DNA of 64,000 nt from a virus, in IMG/VR virus record IMGVR_UViG_3300043172_001413; one strand, given 5' to 3'. The number at the start of each line of letters is the position of its first letter. Position 1 is the stretch's first letter. The position numbers were made by a program, and so were the translations under genes. The notes beneath the pieces were generated by a model, which did not search any database, was not told where the DNA came from, and was given only the letters and a program-made list of their open reading frames with translations. Below are positions 35,662 to 45,562 of the stretch, piece after piece.

Positions 35662-36498
35662 ATGGCTGATAAGCCTAAAATATGTTTGTTGGTTATTGAT
35701 CCACAGAATGATTTCTGTGAGAAAGATGGCCGTCTTTCTGTTCCCGGTGCGAACGAAGACATGGCTCGACTGGGTACTATGGTGAGAAAATTTGGTGGAG
35801 ATATTGATGATATCCAGATCACCATGGATTCACATTATTTAATTCATATAGCCCACTCACGTTGCTGGGTTGACAAAAAGGGCAGACACCCCGATCCATT
35901 TTTCTTGCATTCCGGTAATAAGGTACCGACCCCTATCTCTCTTGACATGGTAAAAAACGGGGAATATAGAGCATATAATGCTAAATGGCAACAGCGCTAT
36001 GTTGATTATGTGACAGCTCTTAAAGCCAACGACCGCTATAAATTAATGATCTGGCCTGATCACTGTATCATTGGACATTCTGGTCAACTTATTTTTAATC
36101 CCTTTTTTGAAGCTGTAAATGATTGGGAGGATCGCTTTTTTGCGACAGCTCAACGGCATACAAAAGGCTCGAATCCTTTCACTGAACATTACAGTGCGGT
36201 GAGGGCTGATGTTGAAGACCCGGAGGATCCGAAGACTCGTCTGAATACAAAGCTCATTGATTTGTTGAAAACATATGATATGATTATCCCCGGAGGTGAG
36301 GCTCTTTCTCACTGTCTCGCTTTTACGTTGAGGGATGTTTTTAAAGAATTCGGTGTAGATCAGATACAGAAATTTACCTTGATGCTGGATGCCTGTTCAA
36401 GTGTTCCTGGTTGTGAGCAGATGGGTGAAGATTTTATTAAGGAATTTACTGCAGCTCCTTATTATATGAAGACTGCAAAAACTACTGATTTCTTTTAA
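35662..36498 (+). CDS. pncA: isochorismatase-family hydrolase, a probable nicotinamidase
   Basis: ICLLVIDPQNDFC matches the PncA motif. The genes are adjacent to pncB. Extra inserts are present. Confidence 0.6.
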   Translation: MADKPKICLLVIDPQNDFCEKDGRLSVPGANEDMARLGTMVRKFGGDIDDIQITMDSHYLIHIAHSRCWVDKKGRHPDPFFLHSGNKVPTPISLDMVKNGEYRAYNAKWQQRYVDYVTALKANDRYKLMIWPDHCIIGHSGQLIFNPFFEAVNDWEDRFFATAQRHTKGSNPFTEHYSAVRADVEDPEDPKTRLNTKLIDLLKTYDMIIPGGEALSHCLAFTLRDVFKEFGVDQIQKFTLMLDACSSVPGCEQMGEDFIKEFTAAPYYMKTAKTTDFF

Positions 36499-36567
36499 AA
36501 TTTGAGAGAAGTAGAGAAAAATTTTAAAAAATAGAGAAAAATCCTAAAATAAAAAAAGGGGTTACAT

Positions 36568-37335
36568 ATGCCTAAATTATTTGGTGTCGAGGCCAGTGTG
36601 GCAGCAAAAACAATGCACGGCTTCGATTATACGAGTATAGCAGTAGAGAAGCTCGGTGCAACGGAATATACTGTCGTCGGGATTGTGACAGACAAAACGA
36701 GTTCTGTCCGTGATTTCAAAGACAATCTCGAAAAAATGATGAGTGACAGTGTGGGTTCCTGCAGGAGTTCTGCGAGAGCCTTAAATCTCCTCATCCGTAC
36801 TACAGCCTTTAATAGTAACGGGATCGAGGAACTACATGGTTTCACTCTTTTAAATACCATTGATCCGGATGCTTATATAGACACTATTCATCCCGGAGGT
36901 TATACTAATCTTTATGAGGCCACTTTAGATTCGATTGAAGCTACCGATGAGTATGTGCAGGGTCTTTTTGATGCTGAAAGAATATGTAATGCTAACAGTA
37001 TCATCTTTATCATTACAGATGGAGAAGATAATGATTCGCCTCCTGATATAAATCCACAGGCAATAAAAGAAGCAATTGCTAAAGTAAAGCGCTCTGAAGT
37101 TATGGAATCTATCCGGACAATCCTTATTGGTATCAATGATACTAACCCTCATTTCAAACAGAAACTTGAGGAGTTCCGGCAGGAAGCGGCTCTTGATGAA
37201 TATTTGTCAATGGGTGATGTTACTGAAAAGAAATTGGCAAAATTGGCCCAGTTTGTGAGTCAGAGTATTTCTTCTACTTCACAGGCTCTGGGTACCGGTC
37301 AGCCATCACAACCAATTGATGATTTCAAATTCTAA
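36568..37335 (+). CDS. von Willebrand factor A (vWA) domain protein, TerY-like
   Basis: MIDAS-like residues VTDKTSSV, GYTNLYEA and IIFIITDGEDND. Confidence 0.6.
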   Translation: MPKLFGVEASVAAKTMHGFDYTSIAVEKLGATEYTVVGIVTDKTSSVRDFKDNLEKMMSDSVGSCRSSARALNLLIRTTAFNSNGIEELHGFTLLNTIDPDAYIDTIHPGGYTNLYEATLDSIEATDEYVQGLFDAERICNANSIIFIITDGEDNDSPPDINPQAIKEAIAKVKRSEVMESIRTILIGINDTNPHFKQKLEEFRQEAALDEYLSMGDVTEKKLAKLAQFVSQSISSTSQALGTGQPSQPIDDFKF

Positions 37336-37368
37336 CACTCTTAACGCACAAGGAGGGATTTAACATAT

Positions 37369-38259
37369 ATGTCTTGTGATTCTTTCTACAGTATCGGTGA
37401 TAAACATCAGGTTTGCCAGGATTATGCACTTCACGGTGAACTGGCTCCTGATCTGCAGTATGCTATTGTAGCTGATGGATGTTCCTCTGCGGAGCATTCA
37501 GAAATAGGTGCGCAGATTCTCTGTCATGCTGCAAAATATCAAATAGCGCTGTCTTATCAATCGGGACTGTTTCATGAATGTTCTCTGAAGTCCCTTTCCT
37601 GTATGCTGAGTAATAGTATTCTGAAAAGGATTCAAGAGGTCAGACTAAGTTATCCTATCAGTAGTAAGGCTCTGGAAGCAACTCTTTTTATAGCGCTGTA
37701 TGCACCATCCAAAGTGTTTGTATTTGGGTGGGGCGATGGAGTTATTATAGAGCACTATCGATTAGAAGGTCTTTACAATGGAACGGAGTTTGATGCTGTC
37801 ACTGAGATCGATTTTTCGGGTAATGCTCCGTTCTATCTGGTCTGTGACCGGGAACATTATTTGAAGGATTTACAGGGAAAAGGTTATGATGATCCACAAA
37901 CAACACTTACACATCATTACCAGAATGTGGTAGAGGGTAAAAGAGGTGAAATTGACTTAATTTCCCGGGATAAGCCCACTGACGGTTCTCCTTATAGATG
38001 GTGCCTTGATATGAATAACCGTGTTCATCCGGATAGGAAACTCATTTCCGTTACAGTATGTTCTGATGGTGTGAAATCATTTCAAGATATGGATAAGAAG
38101 CCCGTAAAGTTGATGGATATTGTACCGGAAGTTATAGGGTACAAATCAACCGAGGGGGAATTCGTGAAGAAACGAATGTTTTTCTTAAAGAGAAAAGCTC
38201 AAAAAAATAACTGGTCGCATTTTGATGATATAGGTTGCGGCACAATTTTCATTAATTAA
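37369..38259 (+). CDS. PP2C-like Ser/Thr phosphatase (putative)
   Basis: AIVADGCSSAEHSEIGAQI resembles the bacterial PP2C ADGMGG motif region. Its position right after a vWA gene fits the TerY-P triad layout. Confidence 0.4.
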   Translation: MSCDSFYSIGDKHQVCQDYALHGELAPDLQYAIVADGCSSAEHSEIGAQILCHAAKYQIALSYQSGLFHECSLKSLSCMLSNSILKRIQEVRLSYPISSKALEATLFIALYAPSKVFVFGWGDGVIIEHYRLEGLYNGTEFDAVTEIDFSGNAPFYLVCDREHYLKDLQGKGYDDPQTTLTHHYQNVVEGKRGEIDLISRDKPTDGSPYRWCLDMNNRVHPDRKLISVTVCSDGVKSFQDMDKKPVKLMDIVPEVIGYKSTEGEFVKKRMFFLKRKAQKNNWSHFDDIGCGTIFIN

Positions 38260-38269
38260 AGGAGGGACT

Positions 38270-38545
38270 GTGGATCCTAAAGCTATAGCTGAAATAAGTA
38301 CGTCTGCTGTCGGTATTGTAACAACCCTTCTCTCATGGGGTGGCGTTATAATACTGTTTTTAGTTTTTCGGAATTTTATTATTGCTGGAATTTCGAGAGC
38401 ATTTATCCAGGTCTTTGAATCGGGTGATCCGAGAACCCGGGAAATGCTGATTCGATTTATGGTGGATAAGAACATGGCTTATCCGGAAATATATGCGAGT
38501 ATGAAGCAGGAACTTGAGGGTCCCGGGCGACCGGAAGGGAGTTAA
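38270..38545 (+). CDS. small membrane protein, possibly a NfeD-like partner of the SPFH protein
   Basis: TM helix VGIVTTLLSWGGVIILFLVF. The gene sits directly upstream of an SPFH gene. Confidence 0.3.
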   Translation: MDPKAIAEISTSAVGIVTTLLSWGGVIILFLVFRNFIIAGISRAFIQVFESGDPRTREMLIRFMVDKNMAYPEIYASMKQELEGPGRPEGS

Positions 38546-38547
38546 TC

Positions 38548-38913
38548 ATGGCTCTATGGTTTATTCTTCAACCGTTATTTATTCTCGCTGTTGCTATCTT
38601 TTTAATGCAACAGTGGATTTATCCAGTAATAATGTCGAAACCTGTTTTTCCTCTTTTCAGGAGAAAAAAGAAAAAAATATTGGAAATAAAAGAGGAAAAG
38701 AAGGAGGAAATGTCTGCTGACAAAGCCCTTGAAATGGTGAATTTTCATTGTACCAAAGCGCTACATTTTATTGCAGTAGCTGAATCCTATGCAGAAAATG
38801 AAGAGAGATATGCTAAAGAGACTTTGGAAAAAACTATTCAAACGATGGAGTCAGTCAAAGAAAGGGCAGAAAAAATTAAAATTATTAATCCTAATAAAAA
38901 GGGAGGTGTTTAA
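38548..38913 (+). CDS. small membrane protein (121 aa)
   Basis: N-terminal TM helix, then a K/E-rich coiled segment. Confidence 0.35.
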   Translation: MALWFILQPLFILAVAIFLMQQWIYPVIMSKPVFPLFRRKKKKILEIKEEKKEEMSADKALEMVNFHCTKALHFIAVAESYAENEERYAKETLEKTIQTMESVKERAEKIKIINPNKKGGV

Positions 38914-40154
38914 TGAATTACAATCAAGATCAAAAGGGACTGAGTTTTCTGAAAGCGCTCTCTATTGCATTATGTGTGGTTGCAGTTCTGGTTCTAATTG
39001 TTTTTTCAGGCAAGATATGGCAGAATGTGAATGCGGATCAGATAGTAGTGACTCAAGATCCTATTGACGGTGATCTACACTGGCATATTACTGCCGGATT
39101 AAAATTCCAGAAATGGGGTCGGGTAACTGAATATATCAAATCATCACAGTATTGGTTCTCAAAACAAGAAGATCAGGGCGATGACGTTGATCAGAGCATA
39201 AGAATCCGTTTTAATGATGGTGGTCATGCCCGAATTTCCGGTTCTTATCGTTGGGAATTACCGCTTGGGGATTCAATATTAACGATGTTACACTCTAAAT
39301 TCGGCTCTATGAGAGCTGTTGAACAGGAATTGATTCGTCCAGTACTTGAAAAATCTGTTTATATGACTGGTCCGTTAATGTCCTCAAAACAGAGTTATGC
39401 TGAGACAAGAAATGATTTGATTTTATTTATAGAAGATCAGGCTAAATACGGCATATATAGAACTGAATCCAACGAAATAACAGGAAAGGATCAAATGACC
39501 GGGGCAGAAAAAACAATTACTGTTGTGGAGAGAATTAAGGATAGTAATGCACCAGGTGGCTTTGCTCGGCAGGAAGAATCTCCTTTCCAAACTTTCGGTA
39601 TAAAGACATATAACCTCAGTCTAAATGCCATCGATTATGACTCTACCGTTGAAAGACAGATAGAGTCTCAGCAAAGTGCCATCATGGAAGTTCAGACAGC
39701 TATTGCTGAAGCGAAGAAAGCCGAACAGAAAGCAATTACAGCTGAAAAGAATGGTCAAGCTGAAGCTGCCAAGGCTAAGTGGTTACAGGAAGTTGAAAAA
39801 GCAAAGTTTGTTACTCTGGCTGAACAGCAAAGAGACGTAGCCAGATTAGAAAAGGAAGCTGCTACCTTCACAAAACAGAAAGATATCCTTCTGGGCCAAG
39901 GTGAAGCCGAAAGAAAAAGACTGGTCATGAAGGCTGACGGTGCTCTGAAGCAGAAATTAGCGACTTGGTTAGAGTCTCAGAAAGCTTGGGCGGCTGCTGT
40001 TGGGGCCTATCAAGGAGATTGGGTACCTAAGACACAGTTTAATGGCACAGGTGCTAAAGGTGGAGTAAGTCAACCCCAACTTTTCATGGATATATTTAAT
40101 GCAAGGAATGCCCAGGCATTATCTCTCGATATGTCTGTTCCAAAAGGTAAATAA
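38913..40154 (+). CDS. SPFH/band-7 (flotillin/HflKC-like) domain membrane protein
   Basis: N-terminal TM anchor, then an SPFH-like region, then a long A/E/K-rich coiled coil (AIAEAKKAEQKAITAEKNGQAEAAKAKWLQEVEKAK) like the flotillin EA repeats. Confidence 0.55.
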   Translation: MNYNQDQKGLSFLKALSIALCVVAVLVLIVFSGKIWQNVNADQIVVTQDPIDGDLHWHITAGLKFQKWGRVTEYIKSSQYWFSKQEDQGDDVDQSIRIRFNDGGHARISGSYRWELPLGDSILTMLHSKFGSMRAVEQELIRPVLEKSVYMTGPLMSSKQSYAETRNDLILFIEDQAKYGIYRTESNEITGKDQMTGAEKTITVVERIKDSNAPGGFARQEESPFQTFGIKTYNLSLNAIDYDSTVERQIESQQSAIMEVQTAIAEAKKAEQKAITAEKNGQAEAAKAKWLQEVEKAKFVTLAEQQRDVARLEKEAATFTKQKDILLGQGEAERKRLVMKADGALKQKLATWLESQKAWAAAVGAYQGDWVPKTQFNGTGAKGGVSQPQLFMDIFNARNAQALSLDMSVPKGK

Positions 40155-40543
40155 TGAGTCCTGAAGGCGATCAACATTTATCTGGCTGGGACACCCAACT
40201 GTGGCGTATGGTTTATCACATACTCTTCAAGTTTGGGGTTCCAGTCCTTTTCAAAGAATTTCCGGGTGACGCAAGGGAAGGCAGTCACAGGGATTCCTTT
40301 CTACAGTGGTTTGTTCCAGAAGGACTGCACTATGAAGCAGTTGAACATTTTATCCTGGATGAATTGGAAAAAGATATAAAAAAAGGGAAATTTCTGAAAT
40401 TTGACGAACAGAGAGTTTGGGCTATAGGGCTTTCAGTTAAGATTTACCCTTTCTCAGGAATCGAGCCCTATCTGGAAAGAAAGTATCTGGAACCTTTGGT
40501 TGAAAATTTAGCCAAAAACTTTTTAGAAAATTTTAAAAAATGA
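40154..40543 (+). CDS. hypothetical protein (129 aa)
   Basis: ORF. Its start and stop are coupled to the neighbouring genes. Confidence 0.35.
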   Translation: MSPEGDQHLSGWDTQLWRMVYHILFKFGVPVLFKEFPGDAREGSHRDSFLQWFVPEGLHYEAVEHFILDELEKDIKKGKFLKFDEQRVWAIGLSVKIYPFSGIEPYLERKYLEPLVENLAKNFLENFKK

Positions 40544-42249
40544 ACAACAAAAAAACATATAAAGTCAGCACCACAAAGAATACTACGACTCTGACTGATA
40601 AAGATTATCTAGCAGTTGGTGGGCAGGCAATGGTATTCGCTAAAAAGAAACAAGGTCTGGCTTACAAGATTTACCATGATCCGAAACAGATGATCCCAGT
40701 CGCTAAAATTCAGGAACTGGCTGAACTGAAACACGACAACATACTGGCACCCATAGAGCCTCTTTATGATACTGTTACAAGAGTCCCTGTTGGTTTCACT
40801 ATGAGATATGTGCAGGGTATAGAGTTTCTATGTAAAATTTTTACCCGTACATTCCGGGATGAGAAGAATATTTCTCCTATGGAAATTGTGGGTCTTGTTA
40901 CTCAGAAACAAAACACACTGCGGTATATCCATACGCAGAGTAATCACACTATTCTGGGAGTTGACCTAAATGAGATGAATTTTCTGCTTGATAAAGACAT
41001 TAAAAATGTGTACTTCATCGATGTAGATAATTATCAGACAAAGAATTTTCCTTGTGTAGCCATTATGGAAAGTATTCGGGATAGAACGACAAAACGGGGG
41101 GAGTTTTCTGAACTCACTGACTGGTTTTCATGGGCTGTAGTGACCTTCCAGATGTATATCGGGATGCACCCATATAAAGGTTTTTGCAAGGGCTTCAAAC
41201 CGGCTGAGTGGAGCAAAAGAATGGATCAGGGAGTATCCTGTTTTCATCCGGATGCCTCTTTACCCACAACATGTCAGGATTTTTCAGTTATCCCAAAGAA
41301 ACACCGGGATTGGTATGAAGCAGTCTTCCAGCACGGTGAGAGATCAATACCGCCGTTTGCCGATGGTGTGGTGATTGCTGCTGCTATTGTCCGTACCATA
41401 GGAAGTAAGGGTGATTTTGTGGTGAGAGAACTTCTTGAAACACCTGAACCAATTATGAATGTTTATGTATCTAACGGAAAGCGCTTCATAGTCACTTCCG
41501 GGGGTGTGTATGACAATCAAAAGAAAAAGGTAGTTACCTTCCAGAAACCTTATAAAAGGGCTCAGAAGGGCTTATGTGATGTCTTTGGGGAAGATCCGTT
41601 GTTTGTTTATTTAAAAGACCTGAAAGCGAAATTCTATGAGTTAAATGGTACTGAGGTCAGTTCCATAAAAGCTGAAGATATAATGGGAAGTAATGGTGCT
41701 ATCTATACCATTAATAATGGTCAGCTGATAGAGAACACTTTCGAGCGGTTTGGGAAACTACAGCACCGCACAAAAATGGTGTGTGATATAAGTATGTCTT
41801 ATAAAGTTTTTAAGGGAGTGGTTATCCAGGATGATTTCATGAAATGCCGGCTGGCTATTCCTTTTGAAATAGGTAAATGTATAAATGTAAATATAGAGGA
41901 GCTGGATGGGCAGAGAATCGTGGATGCCCGGTATGAGAAAGGCATTTGTGTGGTATTAGCTGAGAAGCAGGGAAAATATTTTAGATATATTCTCTGTTTT
42001 AATGACGCACATTCAGATTATTCGATTCTTACTGAAGATGTTATCGATTTTCATCTGGTTAACTTTACCGTTTTACCAAATAAAATGTGCTTACTTATTG
42101 ACGATGAAAAGTTATCAATGTTCAAAAATAACAAGGGCAGGAAAGAAATCACAAATTTACCCTTTGATGTTTCAATGAGATTGTACCATGACAACATGCA
42201 AGTTTTATTTGTAGATGATAGGAAGTTATACTCAGTTACAATGAAATAG
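40540..42249 (+). CDS. Ser/Thr protein-kinase-like protein (569 aa)
   Basis: Glycine loop AVGGQAMVF. The VAIK-equivalent is LAYKIY. A catalytic-loop-like segment is ILGVDLNEMNFLL, and DVD replaces DFG. Long C-terminal extension. Confidence 0.45.
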   Translation: MNNKKTYKVSTTKNTTTLTDKDYLAVGGQAMVFAKKKQGLAYKIYHDPKQMIPVAKIQELAELKHDNILAPIEPLYDTVTRVPVGFTMRYVQGIEFLCKIFTRTFRDEKNISPMEIVGLVTQKQNTLRYIHTQSNHTILGVDLNEMNFLLDKDIKNVYFIDVDNYQTKNFPCVAIMESIRDRTTKRGEFSELTDWFSWAVVTFQMYIGMHPYKGFCKGFKPAEWSKRMDQGVSCFHPDASLPTTCQDFSVIPKKHRDWYEAVFQHGERSIPPFADGVVIAAAIVRTIGSKGDFVVRELLETPEPIMNVYVSNGKRFIVTSGGVYDNQKKKVVTFQKPYKRAQKGLCDVFGEDPLFVYLKDLKAKFYELNGTEVSSIKAEDIMGSNGAIYTINNGQLIENTFERFGKLQHRTKMVCDISMSYKVFKGVVIQDDFMKCRLAIPFEIGKCINVNIEELDGQRIVDARYEKGICVVLAEKQGKYFRYILCFNDAHSDYSILTEDVIDFHLVNFTVLPNKMCLLIDDEKLSMFKNNKGRKEITNLPFDVSMRLYHDNMQVLFVDDRKLYSVTMK

Positions 42250-42429
42250 AGGGTAAAGTGAATCAGATAGTAGCACGTCGTAATGGCGAATATACGTGCT
42301 TAGACTGTCAGGAACAGTGCACCAATGTTTGTCTGAGGTGCTATAACTGGGATAAGTTCAAGCTGGACGAAGAGATACATAGGCTCCCTTATGTGGAGCG
42401 GTCTAAAAGAAATGGAAGGAAATGGAAAA

Positions 42430-43314
42430 ATGGATTGCGAAAAGGTTAAGAAAAACATTAGAACAGGATTAAAGAATTATATCATAGAGAACGGAATTAA
42501 AAGTCTTGTTATAGGTGTCAGTGGTGGGGTTGACAGTGCCCTTTGCTGTGCGTTGGCGCGGCCTGTTTGTGATGAGCTGGGCATTTCTCTCATTGGTAGG
42601 AGTATTTCTATAGATTCGAATAAGCCTGATGAGATTGCCCGGGCACGGGATGTAGGTAGATTTTTCTGTCACGAATTCATAGAGGTTGATTACACAGATC
42701 TCTACAACTGTATGGTTGACTTTTTTGAGTCACCGGAGGGACCTCTTGATAAAATAGCTCGGGGAAATATCAAAGCGCGGTTACGCATGCAGAACCTCTA
42801 CTGTATTGCTGGAAAAACAAAAGGGATGGTTCTTTCCACTGATAATCTTACAGAACATTTTTTAGGTTTCTGGACGCTCTGCGGCGATGTCGGAGATTTC
42901 GGATTTATTCAAAATCTTTGGAAACAGGAAGTCTATGAGTTAACTGAGTACATAGCTTCTTATGATATCACTCTTGATAATCAGGAAGCCCGTAGAGCGC
43001 TTCTTGAGTGTATAAATGCTGTCCCGACTGATGGTCTGGGTATTTCCGAAACGGATCTGGATCAGATCGGTGCTGCAAATTACGGTGAGGTAGATATTAT
43101 CCTTAAAACATGGCTGACAAAAGACAGTGATAATTTCTACTGGGATAACTGGTTGAATTATGAAGAAAGAGAAGATAAGTATGAGGATTTTGTAGCATAC
43201 CGTGAGACTTTGAAGAATCATCCGGTGGTACTAAGACATGAGAGGACTCATTTTAAAAGAAAATGGCCTATCTATCTCGAAAGAAGTAAACTTTTTAACA
43301 ATCATTCACTTTAA
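42430..43314 (+). CDS. nadE: NH3-dependent NAD+ synthetase
   Basis: SLVIGVSGGVDSALCCAL is the PP-loop SGGxDS motif. Length and layout match NadE. The six-frame ORF starts at 42391; MDCEK at 42430 is the more likely start. Confidence 0.7.
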   Translation: MDCEKVKKNIRTGLKNYIIENGIKSLVIGVSGGVDSALCCALARPVCDELGISLIGRSISIDSNKPDEIARARDVGRFFCHEFIEVDYTDLYNCMVDFFESPEGPLDKIARGNIKARLRMQNLYCIAGKTKGMVLSTDNLTEHFLGFWTLCGDVGDFGFIQNLWKQEVYELTEYIASYDITLDNQEARRALLECINAVPTDGLGISETDLDQIGAANYGEVDIILKTWLTKDSDNFYWDNWLNYEEREDKYEDFVAYRETLKNHPVVLRHERTHFKRKWPIYLERSKLFNNHSL

Positions 43315-43329
43315 AGAAGGAGGTCTCAT

Positions 43330-44031
43330 ATGAGACGATTATTTGTAGTATTATTTGCTGTTCTCTTAATGGTAGGGGGAGGCGAGGATATTTTTGCGAA
43401 GAGTAGAGGTGGCGGTTCTAGGAAGAGTTCTTTTAAATTATCAAAACCAAAACCGAGACCAAAGCCTGCTCCGACGAAAAAAATAGTTAAGCCGAAGAAA
43501 ACCCGGACAGACCAAAAGAGTACTATTAAGAAGACTACAACCAGTACAAAGCCTAAAGCAGTGTCCTCGAATAAAATGGACAGAAGACAGACAAAGGCCA
43601 TGAAGACAAAAAATAAAGCTGCCGGTAAAAAGTACGGGAACAAAGCGAATGCGTCAAAGGCGTATAAGGGTGACATGGCGAAAAAGCATACTTCTTATAA
43701 AAGTGCCACTCCACCTGCAACACGGCCGGCAAGTGTTCCTCGGACTGTTGTTGTGGTCGCAGGGCAACCAGGTTATGCTGTAGGGTACCATCCTTTTGGT
43801 GGAGGATTTTACGGATATGGCTATATGGACCCCGTAACAAATATGTATGTCCGTCTGGCAGCTGCGCAGATGATTGCAAATGACATGGCTCTGCAAAATG
43901 CTGGTTACGGGCACTATGGTGCTAATGGTGCTCCAGTCGTTTACCGGAATAATGGGCTAATCATTTTCTTGTCTATTTTCGGGTTTATTTGTCTTATCGT
44001 TATCATTGTTGCTGTTGTCAAGAGAAATTAA
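43330..44031 (+). CDS. secreted/membrane-anchored basic low-complexity protein
   Basis: N-terminal signal peptide, a K/P/T-rich basic region, a G/Y-rich segment and a C-terminal TM helix LIIFLSIFGFICLIVIIVAVV. Confidence 0.45.
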   Translation: MRRLFVVLFAVLLMVGGGEDIFAKSRGGGSRKSSFKLSKPKPRPKPAPTKKIVKPKKTRTDQKSTIKKTTTSTKPKAVSSNKMDRRQTKAMKTKNKAAGKKYGNKANASKAYKGDMAKKHTSYKSATPPATRPASVPRTVVVVAGQPGYAVGYHPFGGGFYGYGYMDPVTNMYVRLAAAQMIANDMALQNAGYGHYGANGAPVVYRNNGLIIFLSIFGFICLIVIIVAVVKRN

Positions 44032-44743
44032 TATGAAAGACGTATCGAACTTTAAGAATTTCAGAAAGGGTGACATTGCCACCCTTTCTGATATCCAGAC
44101 TCAAAAGGAGTTTGGAGAGTTGACCGCTGACTTCAAAATCATTGAAATACGTACTTACCGTGAACCGGGTGGTTTCTTTCACTATACCGGATATGTCTGT
44201 GAATATCAGGGAAAAGGTGAAGAGGATGAATCACAGCAGATCATGATTCTCTTACGGGAGATGGGTGAGATGTACGATCTCTTTGTCTATTACATGGATC
44301 AGGAAGGTGATGTAACTGAATATCCTTTCTTAATTGAGGAAAAGGCAGTAGAGGATGAAAAAGATAGCGGAGAAAAACCAGTAGAGGATGAAGTTTCTGA
44401 TTTTGATGATAACGATGATGAGGATGAAGAAGAGGATGAGGACTCAGGGACAACGGAAGACCTTGTGGAACGCTTTGAAGTGACCCTGAATTTCGATGAA
44501 GGTGAATCTGATGTAACCTGGGACAAGAAGGAAGCAGGGAGCACTTTCGGTGTTGAAACTACTTCTACTGAAACGGAAAGCGACACAAAAACTCTTGCTG
44601 AATATTTCACCAATGATGAGACTCACGGTAATCCATATTGTTTCATCGAGTGGACCGGTGATAGTAAAAAGGGTTGGATTGAGATCTGGTATGGCTGTGA
44701 GATCCAGCCGGAGGATCTTGAGATGTTTCGCACAAAAAAATAA
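44006..44743 (+). CDS. highly acidic protein (D/E-rich)
   Basis: DEDEEEDEDSG tract. Overall strongly acidic. Confidence 0.45.
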   Translation: MLLLSREINMKDVSNFKNFRKGDIATLSDIQTQKEFGELTADFKIIEIRTYREPGGFFHYTGYVCEYQGKGEEDESQQIMILLREMGEMYDLFVYYMDQEGDVTEYPFLIEEKAVEDEKDSGEKPVEDEVSDFDDNDDEDEEEDEDSGTTEDLVERFEVTLNFDEGESDVTWDKKEAGSTFGVETTSTETESDTKTLAEYFTNDETHGNPYCFIEWTGDSKKGWIEIWYGCEIQPEDLEMFRTKK

Positions 44744-44774
44744 TTAATTAAATAACATTTTTTATGGAGGTATT

Positions 44775-45473
44775 ATGAGTAACGAACAACCTTCGGCAAT
44801 TGAAGTCCAGAATGCAAAGAGAATACTGGATTTTTTGTCTGAAACAAAAGGTGTCTCATACGAGACTTTGAGAGAAGACATCTTTGCAGTTAAAAACGCT
44901 GAAACGGGTGTGACCTGCATAGTAGATGTAGAACCTACCCTTGTCTTTCTCTCTGTTGAAATCTGTGACGTGCCCGAAGAAAATCAGGCAGAGCTGAATG
45001 ACTTTATGATGGAATTAAACGGCAAAGCGATTCACGGTAAGTTCTGCAAACTTGCCGGTAAATACTTTTTCAGGGATTACCTGGAATTCGCAAATCTTGA
45101 TTTCAATGAACTGGAAGCATCATTGAAATGGGCCTTTTTAATGGTTGGTGCCAATGTCCAGAAGATTGCTAGTATTCATGCTACTGGAGAAATTGGTGAT
45201 GATATTGATCTTGAGAGTGATGATATCGATCTTGAGGATCTGATGGAAACCGGTGAAGTAGTTGCAGATCTCCTCATCAATACTGTGGCAGAAATGGGAG
45301 ACAAAGAAGTTCAAAGGGATGAGCAGGTAGCTCCGGTTGAAGTTGTTGAGAAACAATCTGTCTCAGTGGGACCCTCATCAGCGCCAGATACATTTGACTC
45401 CGTTGGTGGTGACTCCGGTGGTGGTGACTCCGGTGATGACTCCGGTGGTGATGACTCCGGTGGTGATGATTAA
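44775..45473 (+). CDS. acidic protein with C-terminal (GGDS/GDDS) repeats
   Basis: Ends with the SGGGDSGDDSGGDDSGGDD repeat. Confidence 0.45.
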   Translation: MSNEQPSAIEVQNAKRILDFLSETKGVSYETLREDIFAVKNAETGVTCIVDVEPTLVFLSVEICDVPEENQAELNDFMMELNGKAIHGKFCKLAGKYFFRDYLEFANLDFNELEASLKWAFLMVGANVQKIASIHATGEIGDDIDLESDDIDLEDLMETGEVVADLLINTVAEMGDKEVQRDEQVAPVEVVEKQSVSVGPSSAPDTFDSVGGDSGGGDSGDDSGGDDSGGDD

Positions 45474-45483
45474 GACGACTAAA

Positions 45484-45515
45484 CTGAAAATCTGAAAATC
45501 TGAAAATCTGAAAAC
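45484..45515 (+). repeat. 4x tandem 8-mer (ctgaaaat)
   Basis: ctgaaaatctgaaaatctgaaaatctgaaaac in the intergenic region upstream of the pspA-like gene. Confidence 0.8.
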
Positions 45516-45562
45516 ACAGATATTTAATTAACAGATTAATCCATCTAATTAAGGAGAAGACA

